Positions 25,880-41,742 of a stretch of 64,000 nucleotides of DNA are shown here, one piece after another; positions within the stretch are counted from its first letter, which is position 1, and each line of letters starts with the position of its first letter. Below the pieces are notes generated by a model. That model was not told where the DNA came from. It ran no database searches and saw only the letters and a list, made by a program, of their open reading frames with translations. Both the position numbers and the translations under genes were made by a program. Origin of the DNA: the human T2T-CHM13v2.0 reference genome, Homo sapiens; assembly GCF_009914755.1 (NCBI RefSeq), contig NC_060931.1; one strand, given 5' to 3'.

Positions 25880-26900
25880 ACAGTGAAAGTTAGTGGCATG
25901 TGAACCATAGCTTGCTCTGTCTCCCTGCCTCATGGCTCAGAATGATGGAAGCTCAAATCCCAGTGGCTATAGCCAAGAACACAGGACTCCCTTTCCCTCT
26001 ACCTTTTATTCTAAAATTATGGCATCTCTCCAGGAAGTGCAGAATACCATCATTTCTCATCCTCCACCCCTGCTTTGTTTTGCATAAGCTCTATTCCAGA
26101 CAAGGCTGGATAAGAAGAACAGGACTTTCTTCTTCCATCCAGGCCTCATTTAGAGAGGGGAAGCCCCAACAAAGGAACAGGAGGCCAGGAACACTGAACC
26201 CTTATCAGCCTCACCCCAGATCACTTGTAAGTTACCTGTTCCATGCTGGTCAGGCAGCCCAAGAAGACTAGAAGTGATCACCACTTGTCAGTGCCCTATT
26301 CATAAAGCAAGGGAGTAACTTGAATAAGAGAAGCATCTCGTCCCTACCCATGCTTTGGAGTAGGGTTCAGAGTTGCTTCTCGGAAGGAGAGTGAAAACAT
26401 AAGAGCAGAGAGCTCCATGGGCTTCATTGCCTCTGTTTGGAACAGATTGTGAAGAAGTTCAACCCTAAAGGTGCTTTCAAAAACAATGGAGACTTCAGTA
26501 GTAAACAGTAAAGAAGAGGCTGGTAACTCCTTATTAGCAACAAGCTAAACATTGGACTAGCTAGAAATTTATCAGAGAAAATCAAGAAAGAGAAAGATGA
26601 AAAGAGACCACCTAGCATGTCAGTGAAAGCCTCAAAGACCAATCTTAAAGTCTATAAAAGGGCCCAACATCAATTATATCACAAGTGAAACAATTTATGC
26701 CCCACCCAGGCATTGTTAAAGCAATAGAATCAGCTGGCAATTAGTGGAGCCTAACTTCTGGGTGTGATATCAGCAGATGTAGGCAGCATAACCGAGATAT
26801 CAAGGAAAGCAACTTTTGAGTCCCCTCTTTCATAGTGAAAGCCCACATGCCAAAGGCTGACCCATCTGAGGACAAAATTAGATGTTTCACACTGTGGCTG
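25880..26900 (+). mobile_element. Old L1M 5'-region-like fragment
   Basis: Resemblance to recalled L1M 5' end sequences only. Confidence 0.35.
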
Positions 26901-27429
26901 AAATATACTTCACTAGAAGATACTTACAGGCTTTTATTATAAGCCCCAGCCTGTGCTCCACACAAGGTTATTGCACAGATAACTTTTCTATACTAGCACT
27001 CTTGCTTCTTTCTATTCTTTCTTGCTTGGGCTCACACAATCTTATTAACTCCTATTTAGCAGGTCCAATTAATATAGCTTTAAAGGCAGATTTCCATGTT
27101 TCTGTTTTATAACACTACATAGAGGAAATGTCCCCTAGTCAGACACCCTAATTATCTCCATAATATATTTAGGTAAATTAAATAAAACTAGTTAACACAT
27201 TCAAACACCAGTTTTACTCTAAACTTATTTTTTTTCTATTTTACATTTTCTTATACACCCAGTAATGCACCTCTCTGAGAGAAGAAACAATCATACCTGA
27301 ATTTCACTGGTAACCTTTACTTTCAGTAACTGACTACAGCATATCTGCTATTTTATACCATGGGGAACCTCATGGCCACTTGTAAATCAAGCTTCCCTAT
27401 CTCCTTCCCTTTCATTACTTCTCTTCTCA

Positions 27430-28215
27430 AAGCACAGATTTCAATGAGCCAGGATCATGCTAGTGACTCCCATATCTGACACCAACTATTCTGACACCAA
27501 CCCTAACTGAGGTAGTACAATTCAATTCTGCCATGAACCACCCAGAGTTAGCACAGACTCAAGAAGTTAAAGGGCACAGTCCACAACAAGATTGTCTTCA
27601 GTTCAGATCAACTGGCTACAAATCGAGAATATTTCCACCACCCTCCTCAGGTCTTATAATTTCACTAGAACCACTCATAAGACTGAGGAAAACACTATAC
27701 TTAGCATTACAATTTTATTAAAAAGGACTCCACTCAGAAATAGCAAAACAAAGAGATACACAGGGTGAGGTTCCCAGGGGTCTGGAATATAGAATTCATA
27801 TGCCTTCTTAGGTTGCATCATTCTCCTTGCATGTCAGTGTGTTCACCAATCAGGAAAGTCCACTGAGCATTAGTGTCCAGGGTTTTTGTTGAAATGTAAT
27901 TACATAGGCATGGTCAATGTAATCCATTGGCCACATAATTGAACTCAATGTACAGCCTCCCTCCCTTCCACAGAGGTTAAGGGTAAGGCTGATATTGTTG
28001 GCACAAAACTGCAAGCCTCTAATCATATGAGTGGCCTTTCTGACATTAGCAGCCTCAATCTTAAAAGCTATTTAAGGTCTTACCATGAGTCACCTCATTA
28101 GTACAATTTCAAGTGTATTTCAAGGGGGCGTTGAATAACCAAGATACTTCCATCATTGGAAAGTTATAAGAGTTTTTAGAATTTTAGTGGTAAGAAAGTG
28201 AAAGAAAGGCCAGAC
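27430..28215. mobile_element. MER21-family LTR
   Basis: tctgacaccaac motifs, caattcaattctg, gagtcacctcattag, agagtttttagaa typical of MER21. Confidence 0.75.
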
Positions 28216-28744
28216 AATTTTTAAATTATACAACAGGAACTTCAAAGTTGAAAAGCTTATATAAAAAAAAGAACTCATATGAGTAACCAGAACCACCTTC
28301 TTAAAACACTGAGAAAAGTAAACACACACATACACACAGCAAATATTAAAGGGTAATAAATATTAGAGCAGAAAGTAACAAAATAAAGACTGGGAAAATA
28401 AGAGAGATAATTAATGATACCAAGATTTGGTTCTTGGAATAGACCAAAATATTGACAAACCATTAGTTATATTAGTAAAGAAAAAAAAAACAGAGACAGG
28501 ATGCAACTTAATATCAAGAATGGAAGAAGAGGAGATATGGCTACCAATGTTGTAGAATAATAAAGAGGCTTATAAGAAAACACTATAAACAACTTATGCC
28601 AAAAAATTTGGTCACTTAGACAAAGTGAACAAATTCTGAGAAAGTACCAAAACTGACTCACAAAATTATAGCAAATGAGAATAGATCTATAACAAGAAGC
28701 TGAATTAAAAAATTAAACATTTCTAATAAAAAAAACTCAGTCCT

Positions 28745-29122
<378 letters not shown>

Positions 29123-29544
29123 TTACAAAAATATTAGAAGAGGAGAGAGCACTTTCCAAGTAATTCGATGACGCAAGTATTATGCTGTATCAAAACCAGA
29201 AAAAGATAGAGAAAAATAAAACTAGAGGCCAATGTCTCTTACAAAAATATATGTAAAAACTGTCAGGAAAATACTAGCAATTGAATCCAGAAACATAAAA
29301 AGATTACACACAAAGATCAAGTGCAATTTCTTCCAAGGATGCAAGAGTGCCATAACATCTTAAAGTTAATTGATGTAACACACACTATCTCAAAAGACAC
29401 AGAAAAAATCATTTGACAAAATTCACACCCCATTTATATCAACTATATAAAGTGTCCAGAACAAGCAAATCTATAGAGGCAGAACTTTTATCAGTGGTTG
29501 TCTAGAGTTGAGGGTGGGGGTGGCTGTAAAAGTAGAGCGACTGC

Positions 29545-29870
<326 letters not shown>

Positions 29871-31249
29871 AAAAAGCAGAGTGACTGCTAATTGGAGATG
29901 GAGTTTCTTTTACAGGGACTGCTGTTAAAATGCTCTAAAATTGATTGTGGTGATAGCTGTGCAACATTGTTTATATACTAAGATGCAATGAATTGTACAC
30001 TAAGCGGCTAAATTGTATTATATATTCATTATATTACCATAAAGCTTTTGAAGAGAAAAATTGCAAAAGTGCAAACGTAAAGTCAAGTGGAAATGACACT
30101 CCAAGGTATATGAATAGAATAAAAGGAAAGAAAAATATACAAGTATATATAGTAATGAGACCTACTTAATTAGATGCATAGAATTATATGATCTATTTCA
30201 GTCACTATATTAAATTTGGCATAATACAGAAGACATGTAAGAAAACTAATAAAGCTCTTAGATTCTCATTTGAGCAGACCCCCAAATGAGATGTTTTTTA
30301 TGTCCCAATTTTAAAGATTATTTTGCTCTGGAGGATTTAGGATCTATTTTTTTCATTAGTTTTCAGAAGAAAAAATCATTTACTTAAATCAGAGCTGGCT
30401 TTAGTAACCACAAATTTTATGCAGTCATATTAATATTTGAGAAAAAATATATTTAAATCTAAATATTTCACCCAGGAAAATATTATAAATTATGGTATTT
30501 GTACCTTTGGCTTTACAAAAATTAAAACAAAAAAAGCCCTGAGTGTTTATTGAAATAAATACTAAATATACTGTTAACAAAAAAAAAATCTCAGCAGAGT
30601 CCTGCTTCGTGTTATATTAATGTTATATTAATGTTACAGCTACTACTTTTTCCTTTTTAATGTTTAATAAAATCATGAATTATCATCAGAAATCTAAGAA
30701 TAATTCTCTAAAACTGCACTGCTTTCTCACAATGTGTAATTCATCTAAATACAAAGAAAAAAATAACTTACACCCATACACCAAAAAATTAGTATCCTTT
30801 AGACACTTTGATCTCATATACAATACGTATTTTTGCTCTTGTGTACTTATTATCCTGAAAAATAAATCTCTAGAACTTAACAAATATAGTCAATAAAACG
30901 TAACTTCACTGTAATTAGATTTGCAGTAATAAAGTAGTATGGAGTTTACAAAATTTAAAGAAAGTGAACATATTATATGATGTATTGTACTAATTAGGTT
31001 TGTTTTTATTTTTATATTTTTTGAATTATGCATTTACTATAATTCTTCTGGGTGAAAGCAAAACAAAATTCACCTTTTATTTTTTGAAAGAGTGAAATGA
31101 AAAGGTCAAGTTCAAGCCACCTAAAATTTATAAATGTTCAACTTTTGTATCTTCTAACAAAATTAATTCAATCTATCCCTTTATTATTTTATTGATTTAT
31201 ATATTGTTGCTGAACACATTTATTAGCTGCCTAGCTTGGCACTATAAAT

Positions 31250-31251
<2 letters not shown>

Positions 31252-31285
<34 letters not shown>
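31252..31285. repeat. (TG)n microsatellite
   Basis: Directly visible. Confidence 0.97.
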
Positions 31286-31286
<1 letters not shown>

Positions 31287-31524
31287 TGTATATACACGTT
31301 AGAGAGATATGTTTTCTACATATTGGGACAGTTGCTGTGACAGTCTTCTCAACTAATAAATACAACAATTTTTCAGTGTGCTTTATTATGGAACCATTTT
31401 ACCTGTAATATGGCGTACTTTGAATTTAATTTCAACTTCCTTACCATAGTTTTGTAAATAAGACTAAAGGAAATTTGTGCTGGAGGAAGAGCAATGTTGC
31501 AATTATTGCCAATATTTCCAAATA

Positions 31525-31713
31525 ACTAAAAGAACGAAATTGTAATGTTTCCCAAACAAAGAAATAATAAGTGCTTGAAGTAATGGAAACCTAATTAGCC
31601 TGACTTGATCATTTCACATTGTATGCTTGTATCAAAATTTCACATGTGCCCCAGAAATATATACAACTTTTATATATACATATTAAAAATTTTAAATTGA
31701 TTAATAAATAAAA
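31525..31713 (+). mobile_element. L1MA-like 3' end
   Basis: cctgacttgatcatttcacattgtatgcttgtatcaaaatttcacatgtgcccc, then A-rich tail. Confidence 0.8.
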
Positions 31714-31774
31714 ATGTTGGGAATATTAAAGAGTGGACCTATAAACTCACTCTTATTACAGTGGTTCCTATTTA

Positions 31775-31783
31775 TTTATTTAC

Positions 31784-31814
<31 letters not shown>

Positions 31815-32103
31815 TTTTTTGAGGTGGAGTCTCCTTTGTCACCCAGGCTGGAGCGCAGGGGCGCAATATTGGCTCACTGCAACTTCCACCTCCCTGGTTC
31901 AAGAGATTCTCCTGTCTCAGCCTCCTGAGTAGCTGAGATTACAGGTGCCCATCGCCTCGCCAGGCTAATTTTTTTGCATTTTCTTTAGTAGAGACAGGGT
32001 TTCACTATGTTGGCCAGGCTGGTCTCGAACTCCTGACCTTAGGTAATCCGGCTGCCTCAGCCTCCCAAAGTGCTGGGATTACAGGCATGAGCCACTGCGC
32101 CCA
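31775..32103 (-). mobile_element. Alu with (TTTA)n tail
   Basis: TSD gtggttcctattta. Confidence 0.96.
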
Positions 32104-32404
32104 ATCCCTGTGGTTCCTATTTAAATAAAGACATTTTTTCCCCGTCATTCCACTCTTTTTGGTTGTATAAATCTAGCACATAGCATAATGTCCTGAAATT
32201 ACTCACTTATCATAGGTTTTGAAACGATCGCTTGCTCAAATGTCTTTCCTTCTAAATTGATAGCACAAACTGTGATTTTTCACCATTAAATCTCAATTAC
32301 TTGGTACAATGTTTGACAGATACTTCGTTTTCAATAATGTTTATTAAAAGAATAAATTATGAATATGTTTAACACCTACGTTAAGGTTCCAGAGAGACAG
32401 AACC

Positions 32405-32560
32405 ATATATATTTTATCTCTCATTTTATATATATATGTGAGATTATATATATTATATATGAGATTATATATTATATATGAGATTATATATATGAGATTA
32501 TATATAATATATGAGATTATATATAATATATAAGAGATTATATATTATAGATAATATTTT
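32405..32560. repeat. AT-rich degenerate tandem repeat (gagattatatat... units)
   Basis: About six imperfect copies of gagattatata(t) visible. Confidence 0.8.
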
Positions 32561-33179
32561 TACTAATTATTAATTAGCAAGAGATCTCATTTTCTTAATT
32601 GCTTAGAAAATGGTGAACTCTGTATTTAGGTTAAATCACTGGTAGCTTGGAAAACGTTATTGTATCTCTGATAGTTTGTCTAGTTGCTTTTTTTTAATCT
32701 TCAAAAATGCCTATCATTTTAATAAAACAGATATCAGGTATGAAGTCTTGGTAAAAATTTGACTTACTCTTTATAAATCCTTATCCAATTTTGATTCAAT
32801 TTTGTAAAAAACGTTATAAATTTTGCTTAAATGATGTTTGACTATTAATGACCTTCAGATATCCTGTCACTCTTCAAATAAATATTATGTGGCACAATTA
32901 TCCATATTTCATAGATGGGAAAACAAAGTTCCCCAAATGGGTGATGAGTTTTAAAAATCACGAAACTGGTGTCAGAACTATAATTGAAGCCCAAATTTGA
33001 AAGCCGAGGTACGAATTCTGGGCTGCCCACCTTCCCTCTGTACCACATGCTTAAAGATGCTGGACATAAAATCACATTTATGCACATATACAAACGGTTT
33101 CAGGCAAACCTCGTAATCCGTAGGATGAGAATGTTCTTGGAGTGGACTGCTTCATCTCTCCCGTATGCTCTTTCTGCTG

Positions 33180-34056
<877 letters not shown>

Positions 34057-35604
34057 TGATTACAGCACACTCTGGTTGACAAAAATGGAAGCCTTTTGAT
34101 TAACTTAATGTATGTAGACAGATTATGTTTAACTAATTTAAAAATCTTTCTTCAACCATTTGGGTTACATTTCCCAATAGCCGGGGAGTCTTTTAGCATC
34201 AATGACCAAAATTTCTGAATTAAAAAAAAAAAGAATCATTGGTTTGAAATGTCTCAAAAGCAATACTCTTTTCTTTTCTGGGTTGATAAAGGATGGAGTA
34301 TTGTCACAAAATATTAAAATTTATGAGACATCTTGGAAATGATGGGTAAATGTGAAGAAAATACTATAAAGAAATTTTCTGGAAAACCCAGGATTATGAT
34401 TTTTTTATAGTTTAAAAATCACAAAATTTGATTTTGCAATAAGCCTTCTAAAATTCATATTTCCTACTAAATATAATTTATAAATCCATTTATATCATCC
34501 TGACTTTTGCAATGAAACAAAATTGGCTCTAGACTTTCTGCCTGTCTTTTGTGTGAAGTCCATCACCTTCCCAAGATTTCTGCGAATAGACCTGACATTG
34601 CTGTGGTCTCTGCCAAATCGGAGTTTCTGCTTTCACTGAATTTACTTATTTCCAACAAGATTGCTATGAAATCAAAACGATGTTGTGTTTTGTTTGTTTG
34701 TTATGTTTTGTGTGGTCGTTGTATTGTATAAATCAATCTCATCATTTGCAGGGATTTACAACTCTATAGATAGCAACGATTGAACATACCGTTTCCTCTA
34801 ATTTCTTAATTTAGAATGTTTTCCTTGCATCTTTGATACAGATTTCCATGACTACAATCATAATACTGCTCCATTCCTCCATCTTTTTGTGAGTATACCA
34901 TTTCTTTAAATACATCTGAAATGTAGTATGTAGTGTGCAATATAAGAAAGAGAATCTAATCTATTCTGCTGGCAGGTTCAGGGTCTTTTCCAACTTACAA
35001 CTTCTTTAACCCACACCTACATCCACCATTGGGAGCCCAAGGAACGTTTATATCCATAAATCCTCAAGAGTGTTACACAGCACTTTGACATTTGCCTTCA
35101 TGACATCATAATAACTCATTACCTATTAAAAAGTGACTTTTTTTTAAACTATTGAATTACATACAGTTCATTGCTGTAACAATACCCAAAACACAATGGT
35201 TTCATAAAATAAACATTTACATCTTGCTCACTAGACAGCCATCTAGGGATCTCACAAATGCTAATGCTTAGAATATAGTGAAAACCTGTATAGGGGACTA
35301 TAAAAATATCTTTCATTGGTCCCTGATTCCACCTGTTATAGCTCCTTTGGGAACTTGAGAATCACCACTACACCCTAACTTCTTCTGAAGGGATCATTGA
35401 TATGCACACTTTCTGCAGAACTCTAAAGCATTCTCAGCTGTTCTCTTGTTTGAGCGTCTAGATAAAAAGCTATAAAGCTGTTTTAAAACTTGAACAAGCA
35501 AAGAATTTTTAGTCTAAAACTTTGCTATATTTAATTATAGTCAGACATCTATGTTGATTAAAACAACCAAAATTATATCAAGACATAATTACAGTTCCTA
35601 ATTT

Positions 35605-35915
35605 TATTTCTTTGTTTTTGTTTTGTTTTTTGACACATGGTCTTCCTCTGTTGCTCAGGCTGGAGTGCAGTAGCACAATCGTGGCTTACTCTAACCTCCA
35701 CCTACTGGGCTTAAGCGATCCTCCCACCCCAGCTTCTCGAGTAGCTGGGACTACAAGTGTGCACCACCATACCTGGCTAACTTTTTTTGTACTTTTGTAG
35801 AGAAAGGGTTTCACCATGTTGCCCAGGCTGGTCTCCAACTCCTAGGCTCAAGTAATCTGCCTGCCTCAGTCTCCCAGAGTGCTGGGATAGAAGGTGTGAG
35901 CCACCATACTTGGCC
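35605..35915 (-). mobile_element. AluJ-like
   Basis: Diverged Alu with ctcctaggctcaagtaatc (J-type). Confidence 0.92.
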
Positions 35916-36381
35916 TGTTCCTTTGTTTCCTTAACATGGTGTGTTTGTTTGTCTGTTTCTCTCTCTTCTACTAACCCCCAACCCACCTTGTCCCTCTCAA
36001 TTCAATGGAGACTTCCAAAAGTAGTCTTTTTAACCCTGTAATGCCATGCATTCCAAACTCAACTCCCTTTCATGCATACTTTGTGACCTCGTCAATTCTG
36101 TCCTATGTACATATGTTTATTTATAATCTTGTCAAATAAGAATCCAAAAGTTTTCCCAGTATATCATGAGTCTCCATTGATTCAAACTGGTCTATCTGTT
36201 TTCTGGTGCCTGCTGTCCTACAAAATAGGTGGTGTTACATATTTTAGGTGTTTTTGTAAATAATATGATTAGTGGGACATTCTGGAAACCACAATATGGA
36301 TCTCAGAAATAAGAAAGGGTACAAGTCCATACACTGTTATAATAAACCAAGAGTTTCCATAGTTTGGAATTTAATGATGAA

Positions 36382-36490
36382 AAAGGAAGGAAGGAAGGAG
36401 GGAAGGAAGAAAGGAAGGAAGGAAGGAAGGAAGGAAGGAAGGAAGGAAGGAAGGAAGGAAGGAAGGCAGGCAGGCAGGCAGGCAGGCAGG
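36382..36490. repeat. (GGAA)n(GGCA)n microsatellite
   Basis: Directly visible. Confidence 0.97.
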
Positions 36491-36869
36491 CTAAAAGAAT
36501 CTAAGAATAATCAAATTTATATGATAACATAATAATAATGATGATATTTGTAATTTTGGAGCCCAACTCTGTGCCCATACTATGGTAAGCTCTTAAAATA
36601 TACTTTCTCCCTTCACCCTACATATTTTTAGCATGTATACTATTACACTTATTTTACAGTTAAAAAAACTAAACTTCAGAATAATAAAGATGCTTGCTGA
36701 AGATGATACACTGCTAAATTTTTTATTCTTTGTTTAGAATCTTTTCATTAAACATTGTTGGGTCCCTTCAGTTATCATAACAAACTCTTATGAATTTGAT
36801 TTCAATTTATGGTAGGTAGAATTCTAAGATGATTCACATGACCTTGTATTAATCATGTTTTTTTTCCCC

Positions 36870-37370
36870 TGTATTTTATGATGGTTTCACATCTTGAGAA
36901 CCTTCCTGCCTATGGAGAGATTGCCCCTTCCAGTGTAATTCAAGCTAACTCCTGGGAGTTTTTAGAGATAAAACACAACTTGCCTTTGAACATACTTTTC
37001 ATATAGAAATCAAATAGTACAGCCTATGCCTCAAATCACCTTCATTATCTAACTCTCGCACACAATGCCAATTCTTTCCCTATCCTAAATCACCCCAGGG
37101 CCAGGAGCAAGCTAGAGACTACCCTTATGTTCCAGAGCCTGTTAAAATTATTCCAATGATCCCATCTTCCCTTCTTTCCCATAGAAAACACAATACAGCC
37201 TCTGGGGCAGGCTTTCTCTTGCACCTTCTGCCTCCTGGCTGATCATGGTGCTTTCTCAGATGCCCTTGCATGATGCAGCCTGGCTCCCTTGTCTTGGAAA
37301 CTTTCAGTGATATTCTTTCAATGGCATTGACCTGTCACCTCTGTAAATTAAAATCCCATGGGTTTTAGAC
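36870..37370 (+). mobile_element. ERVL-type solo LTR (MER54/MER74-like)
   Basis: TG...CA block with ctaactcctg, ttagagata and cctaaatcaccccagggccagg motifs. Confidence 0.55.
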
Positions 37371-37853
37371 AGCCCTCTTTCTTCTGCAGCCTCCTTCTCC
37401 TTGAGTGTGGATGAAACCCATGGCTAAGATGACACATCGCTCCCTTAATTGTATTATGTACTATGGCAATGGGGGAGGTTATCCTGGGCATGTGCTAATC
37501 AAGTGTGCACTTTAAAGGCACCACTTTTTTCCAGCTGGTTATAGGAAATTATTTGATTAGCCTGGAAAATGACAAACATCATGTTGTTCATTGCTTAAGG
37601 GAGTCAAGTCGTAAGAAATTGTGGTGGCCTCAAAGTGCTGAGGGTTTTCTCAGCCAATAGTAGAAACACAGTGTACCTAGCCCTGAATCCCCGTGGAATG
37701 AATTCTGCCAAAAAAAAAAAAAATTCAAGACTGGTAAAAGGATCTTGAACCTCCAGTAGGAACTGCAGCCCCAGTGGATACCTTTATTTCAGCCCAGTGA
37801 GACTCTGAACAGAGAATCCAATCACCCTGAGGAGGAATTCTGACCACGATATA

Positions 37854-40800
37854 CGGTGGACCCTTGAACAACACCAGTTTAAACTGCATGGGATCACATA
37901 CACACAAATTTCTTTTCAACAAATATATTAAAATACTTTTTTAGGGAATATGTGACAATTTGAAAAAAAACTTGCAAATAGCATAGCTTAGAAATATAAT
38001 AAAAATTTAAGAAAAAATTAGATATGTCATGAAGACAGAAAATATTTGTAGCTACTAGTCTATTTCACTATCACTACCATAAAATGCACACAAATCTGTT
38101 ATAAAAATTAAAATTTATCAAAATTACACACACAAACACAAAACATACATGGTACCATTCAGTCCAGAGAAATGTAAACAAACATGAAGATGGAATATTA
38201 AATAATAACTGCATAAAATTAACTGTAGTAATGCTGTACTACTCTAATAATTTCAGAGCCATCCCCTGTTGCTATTGCAGGGAACCCAAGCGTTGCTAAG
38301 ATCCACTTAAAATGCCCTGTGAAGATAATCATCTCCATGTGAGCCTCTCATCTCTTCAGTAAATTGCTTATCCCAATAAAAAGCAATCTCTCATGGCTCT
38401 TGCATATTTTTTCATTGTGTTCGATGCAACATGGTAAATCTTGAATAACCTATACAAAGTACCACTAGTTAAGCTGGAAGTGTTCACAAGAAGGAGAGAA
38501 AAGTCATGGCATTACGAGAAAAAGTTGAATTGCTTGGGATGTACCATAGACAGAGGTCTGCAGCTGCCATTGCCCACCATTTTAAGATATATGAACTCAG
38601 CATAAATATCATTGTGCAAAAGAAAAGAAAATTCAGGAAGTCATAGCTGCACCTCTTCCAGCAGTCATGAAAATCTTACACTGTTTGGGAAATACCTTTT
38701 TATCTCATATTGAAGATGCAGCTTTTATGTGGGTGCAGGCTGGCTACATAAAAGGCGTAACTATAGACTCATATGATTTGAGAAAAAGTAAAGTCATTAT
38801 ATGACAACTTAAAGCAAAAGGAAGGAGAAGAATCTAAAGCTGAAGAATTTAATACCAGTGTAAAAATGGTTTGATAATTTTAGCAAAAGTTTTGGCTTAA
38901 AAAAATGTCAAGATTACTGGAGAAGCAGCTTCTGCCAACCAACAGGCAGCAGAAAAGTTCTCAGATGCCATTAAGAAAATCATTAAGAAGGCAGAATATC
39001 TGCCTGAACAGGTTTTTAATGCAGACAAAAGTGCCCCATTCTTGGGGGAAAAAAAAGCCACAAAGGACACTGATTAGCAAGGAAGAGTAACGAGCATCAT
39101 GATTTAGGCCAGGAAGGGATAGGCTAACTCTTCTGTTTTGTGCAAATGGCAGTCCAATTTATGATCAGGATTGCTCTTATCTATAAAGCTGCTAACCCCA
39201 GAGCCTTCAATGGAAAAGATAAACACCAGCTGCCAGCTTTTTGTTTGTACAACAAGAAGCCCTGGACAATGAGAACCCCTTTTCTATATTGGTTCCATCA
39301 ATGGTTTGTCCCTGAAATCAGGAAGTGCCTTGCCAGTAAGGGACTGCCTTTAAAGTTATTTTAATATGGGACAACACTGCTGTTCTCCAAGAAACTCATT
39401 AGTTCAACACCAGAGGTGTCAAAGTGGTCTACCTGCTCCCAAACACAACATCTCTAATTCAGCCTTTATATCAGGAAGTCCTAAGTTGGGTTCTTATGCA
39501 CAGTAAGAGGAGGATTGTCAATCATCTATGGAGAGGACGGTCAAGGCTATAGAAGAGCATCTTGAGGGAACATCATAGAAGTCTGGAAGGATTACACCAT
39601 TGAAGATGCCATTGTTGTTACAGAAAAGCCTGGAAGGATTACACTATTGAGGATGCCATTGTTGTTACAGAAAAAGGTGTAAAATCCATCAAGTCAGAAG
39701 CAATAAATTTCTATTGGAGAAAACTATGTTTAGATGTTATACATGACTCCACATGATTAAAGACAGAGCCAAATCAAGGAAATCATGAAAGAGATTGTAC
39801 ATATGGAAAAAGTATGGGAGTGGTGGTGTTGTAAATGGTTTCAAGTTACAAATCTTGGAAAAATCAGGAACTAATAGACACCACACCAGAGGGATTAACA
39901 GAAGATGACTTGGTGGAGATGAGTGCATTCAAACCAGTGCCAGATAATGAGGAGGACATAGAATAAGTAGTGCCAGAAAACAAATTGACAGTAGACAATG
40001 TGGCACAAGGGTTGTCATTATCCAAGAGTGCTTGCTTTTGACTTCTTTACAACATGTATCCTTTTATGATAACTGAGCCCTGACACTAAAGCAAATGGTG
40101 GAAGAAGACTTTGTGGAAGAAGAAATATATAGAAACATTTTTTTAGAGAAACAAAAAAGCAAAAAAAGTTACACAAAAATTACAATATATCTGCATGGTT
40201 GTGGGGAGTAAAGAGTTATACTTGGATTTTCAACTGCACAGGGGGTTGGTGCCCATAACCCTCACATTGTTACATGGAGTGTTCCTGCCTCTCCTGCTTC
40301 CCCTTCCACATCTACCACCTCTTCTTCCACTTCCTTTCCAGGATAGTGGGACCAGCTCCCCCTCTCCCTCCTCCTCTTCAGCCTACTCAACATGATGACC
40401 ATGAGGACGAAGACCTCTATGATGACCCGCTTCCACTAAATTATTATTAAATATATTTTCTCTTTCTTATGATTTCCTGAATAACATTTCCTTTTCTCAG
40501 ACCTATTTTAATGGAAGAATAGGCAGTTCCCTTTTTTTTGTTTTGCTTTTTTTGTTTGTTTTTTGTTTCTTTTTCTTTTTTTTTTTTTTTTTTTGAGACA
40601 GAGTCACTCTGTCGCCCAGGCTGGCGTGCAGTGGCACGGCATGCTCTTGGCTCACTGCAACCTCTGCCTCCCAGTTTTAAGCAATTCTCTGCCTCAGCCT
40701 CCCGAGTAGCTGGGATTACAGGCACCTGCCACCATGCCTGGTTAATTTTTGTATTTTTAGTAGAGATGGGGTTTCACCATGTTGGCCAGGCTGGTCTTGA

Positions 40801-41019
40801 ACACCTGACCTTGTGATACACCCACCTCAGCGTCCCAAAGTGCTGAGATTACAGGTGTGAGCCACCACACCCAGCCTAGGCAGTTCATGTTATTAATAAG
40901 GCTTCCAGTCAACAGTAGGCCATTAGTAGCTATGTTTTTGGAAGCCAAAACTTATACTGAGATTTTCAACCACTCGAGCATTGTTGCCCAGATGGTCTGC
41001 ATTGTTCAGGGATCCACTG
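37854..41019 (+). mobile_element. Full-length Tigger2 (TcMar/pogo) with decayed transposase
   Basis: TIRs cggtggacccttgaacaa / ttgttcagggatccactg; TA at left end; frameshifted CENP-B/pogo-like coding remnants at ~38480-39700. Confidence 0.9.
40530..40876 (-). mobile_element. Alu inserted in Tigger2
   Basis: TSD taggcagttc. Confidence 0.96.
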
Positions 41020-41553
41020 TGAATATGAAACTGCCAATTGTGTGGTAGTTTGATACACAGAAACATAAAACTAATACAGGAATTCTACTATATTGAGTTA
41101 TTTATTTTTTATTTTGGCTCCCTCCCTCTATGATCTAATAATATATTATCCAAAGATTCCAATATAATTGCTATTGGTATATGTTAAAAATCTTTCAAGT
41201 ACATAGAGAAATTTACAATTGCTCTTTAAAATGTTTTCCTTTTTACATTTCTTGAGAGGTAGGCATATGAGCACATTTCTGCATGATTTTAAAATATATT
41301 TTATTATCTGAGTTTTTGTTATTTTTGTTGGCTGCTCAAATTAAATTAGGTCTGTCAAAAAGTAGTCATGCTACCATTTAGAGAAGGATGTAGCAGTGTA
41401 CAATGATTAAGTTACAAAGTTTAGTAATTTTAAAGTATGCCAATCATTCACAAAATATCAAGTCAAAATCACTTTTGATTTTTATCATATTCTCCAAGCT
41501 TTAAACATATACTACATAATATTCTATACAAAAATATCATTCCCTTTTTCAAG

Positions 41554-41742
41554 TATATGTATATACATATATATGTATATAATATGTGTATATACACGTA
41601 TTATATACATACACGTATTATATACATATATAATACGTGTATATATACACACATATATATGTGTATATATACATATTATATACATACATAATATGTGTAT
41701 ATATACACATACATATATATATATGTGTATATATATATATAT
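41554..41742. repeat. (TA)/(CA)/(TG) mixed microsatellite derived from an Alu tail
   Basis: Lies inside the Alu TSD tcaagtatat. Confidence 0.9.

Larger units (their letters stand above)
36808..41078 (+). mobile_element. MLT1-family LTR split by a nested LTR and a Tigger2
   Basis: Start tatggtaggtagaattctaagatg (36809), body ~37380-37850, end ...gtggtagtttgatacacag...aactaataca (41078). Confidence 0.65.

Noticed and set aside
32405-32560. CRISPR-like repeat-spacer array
   Set aside because: Eukaryotic AT-rich slippage repeat with no unique spacers and no cas genes
38480-39700. Domesticated TIGD/CENP-B-like gene
   Set aside because: Multiple stops and frameshifts; ordinary decayed Tigger2 with TIRs
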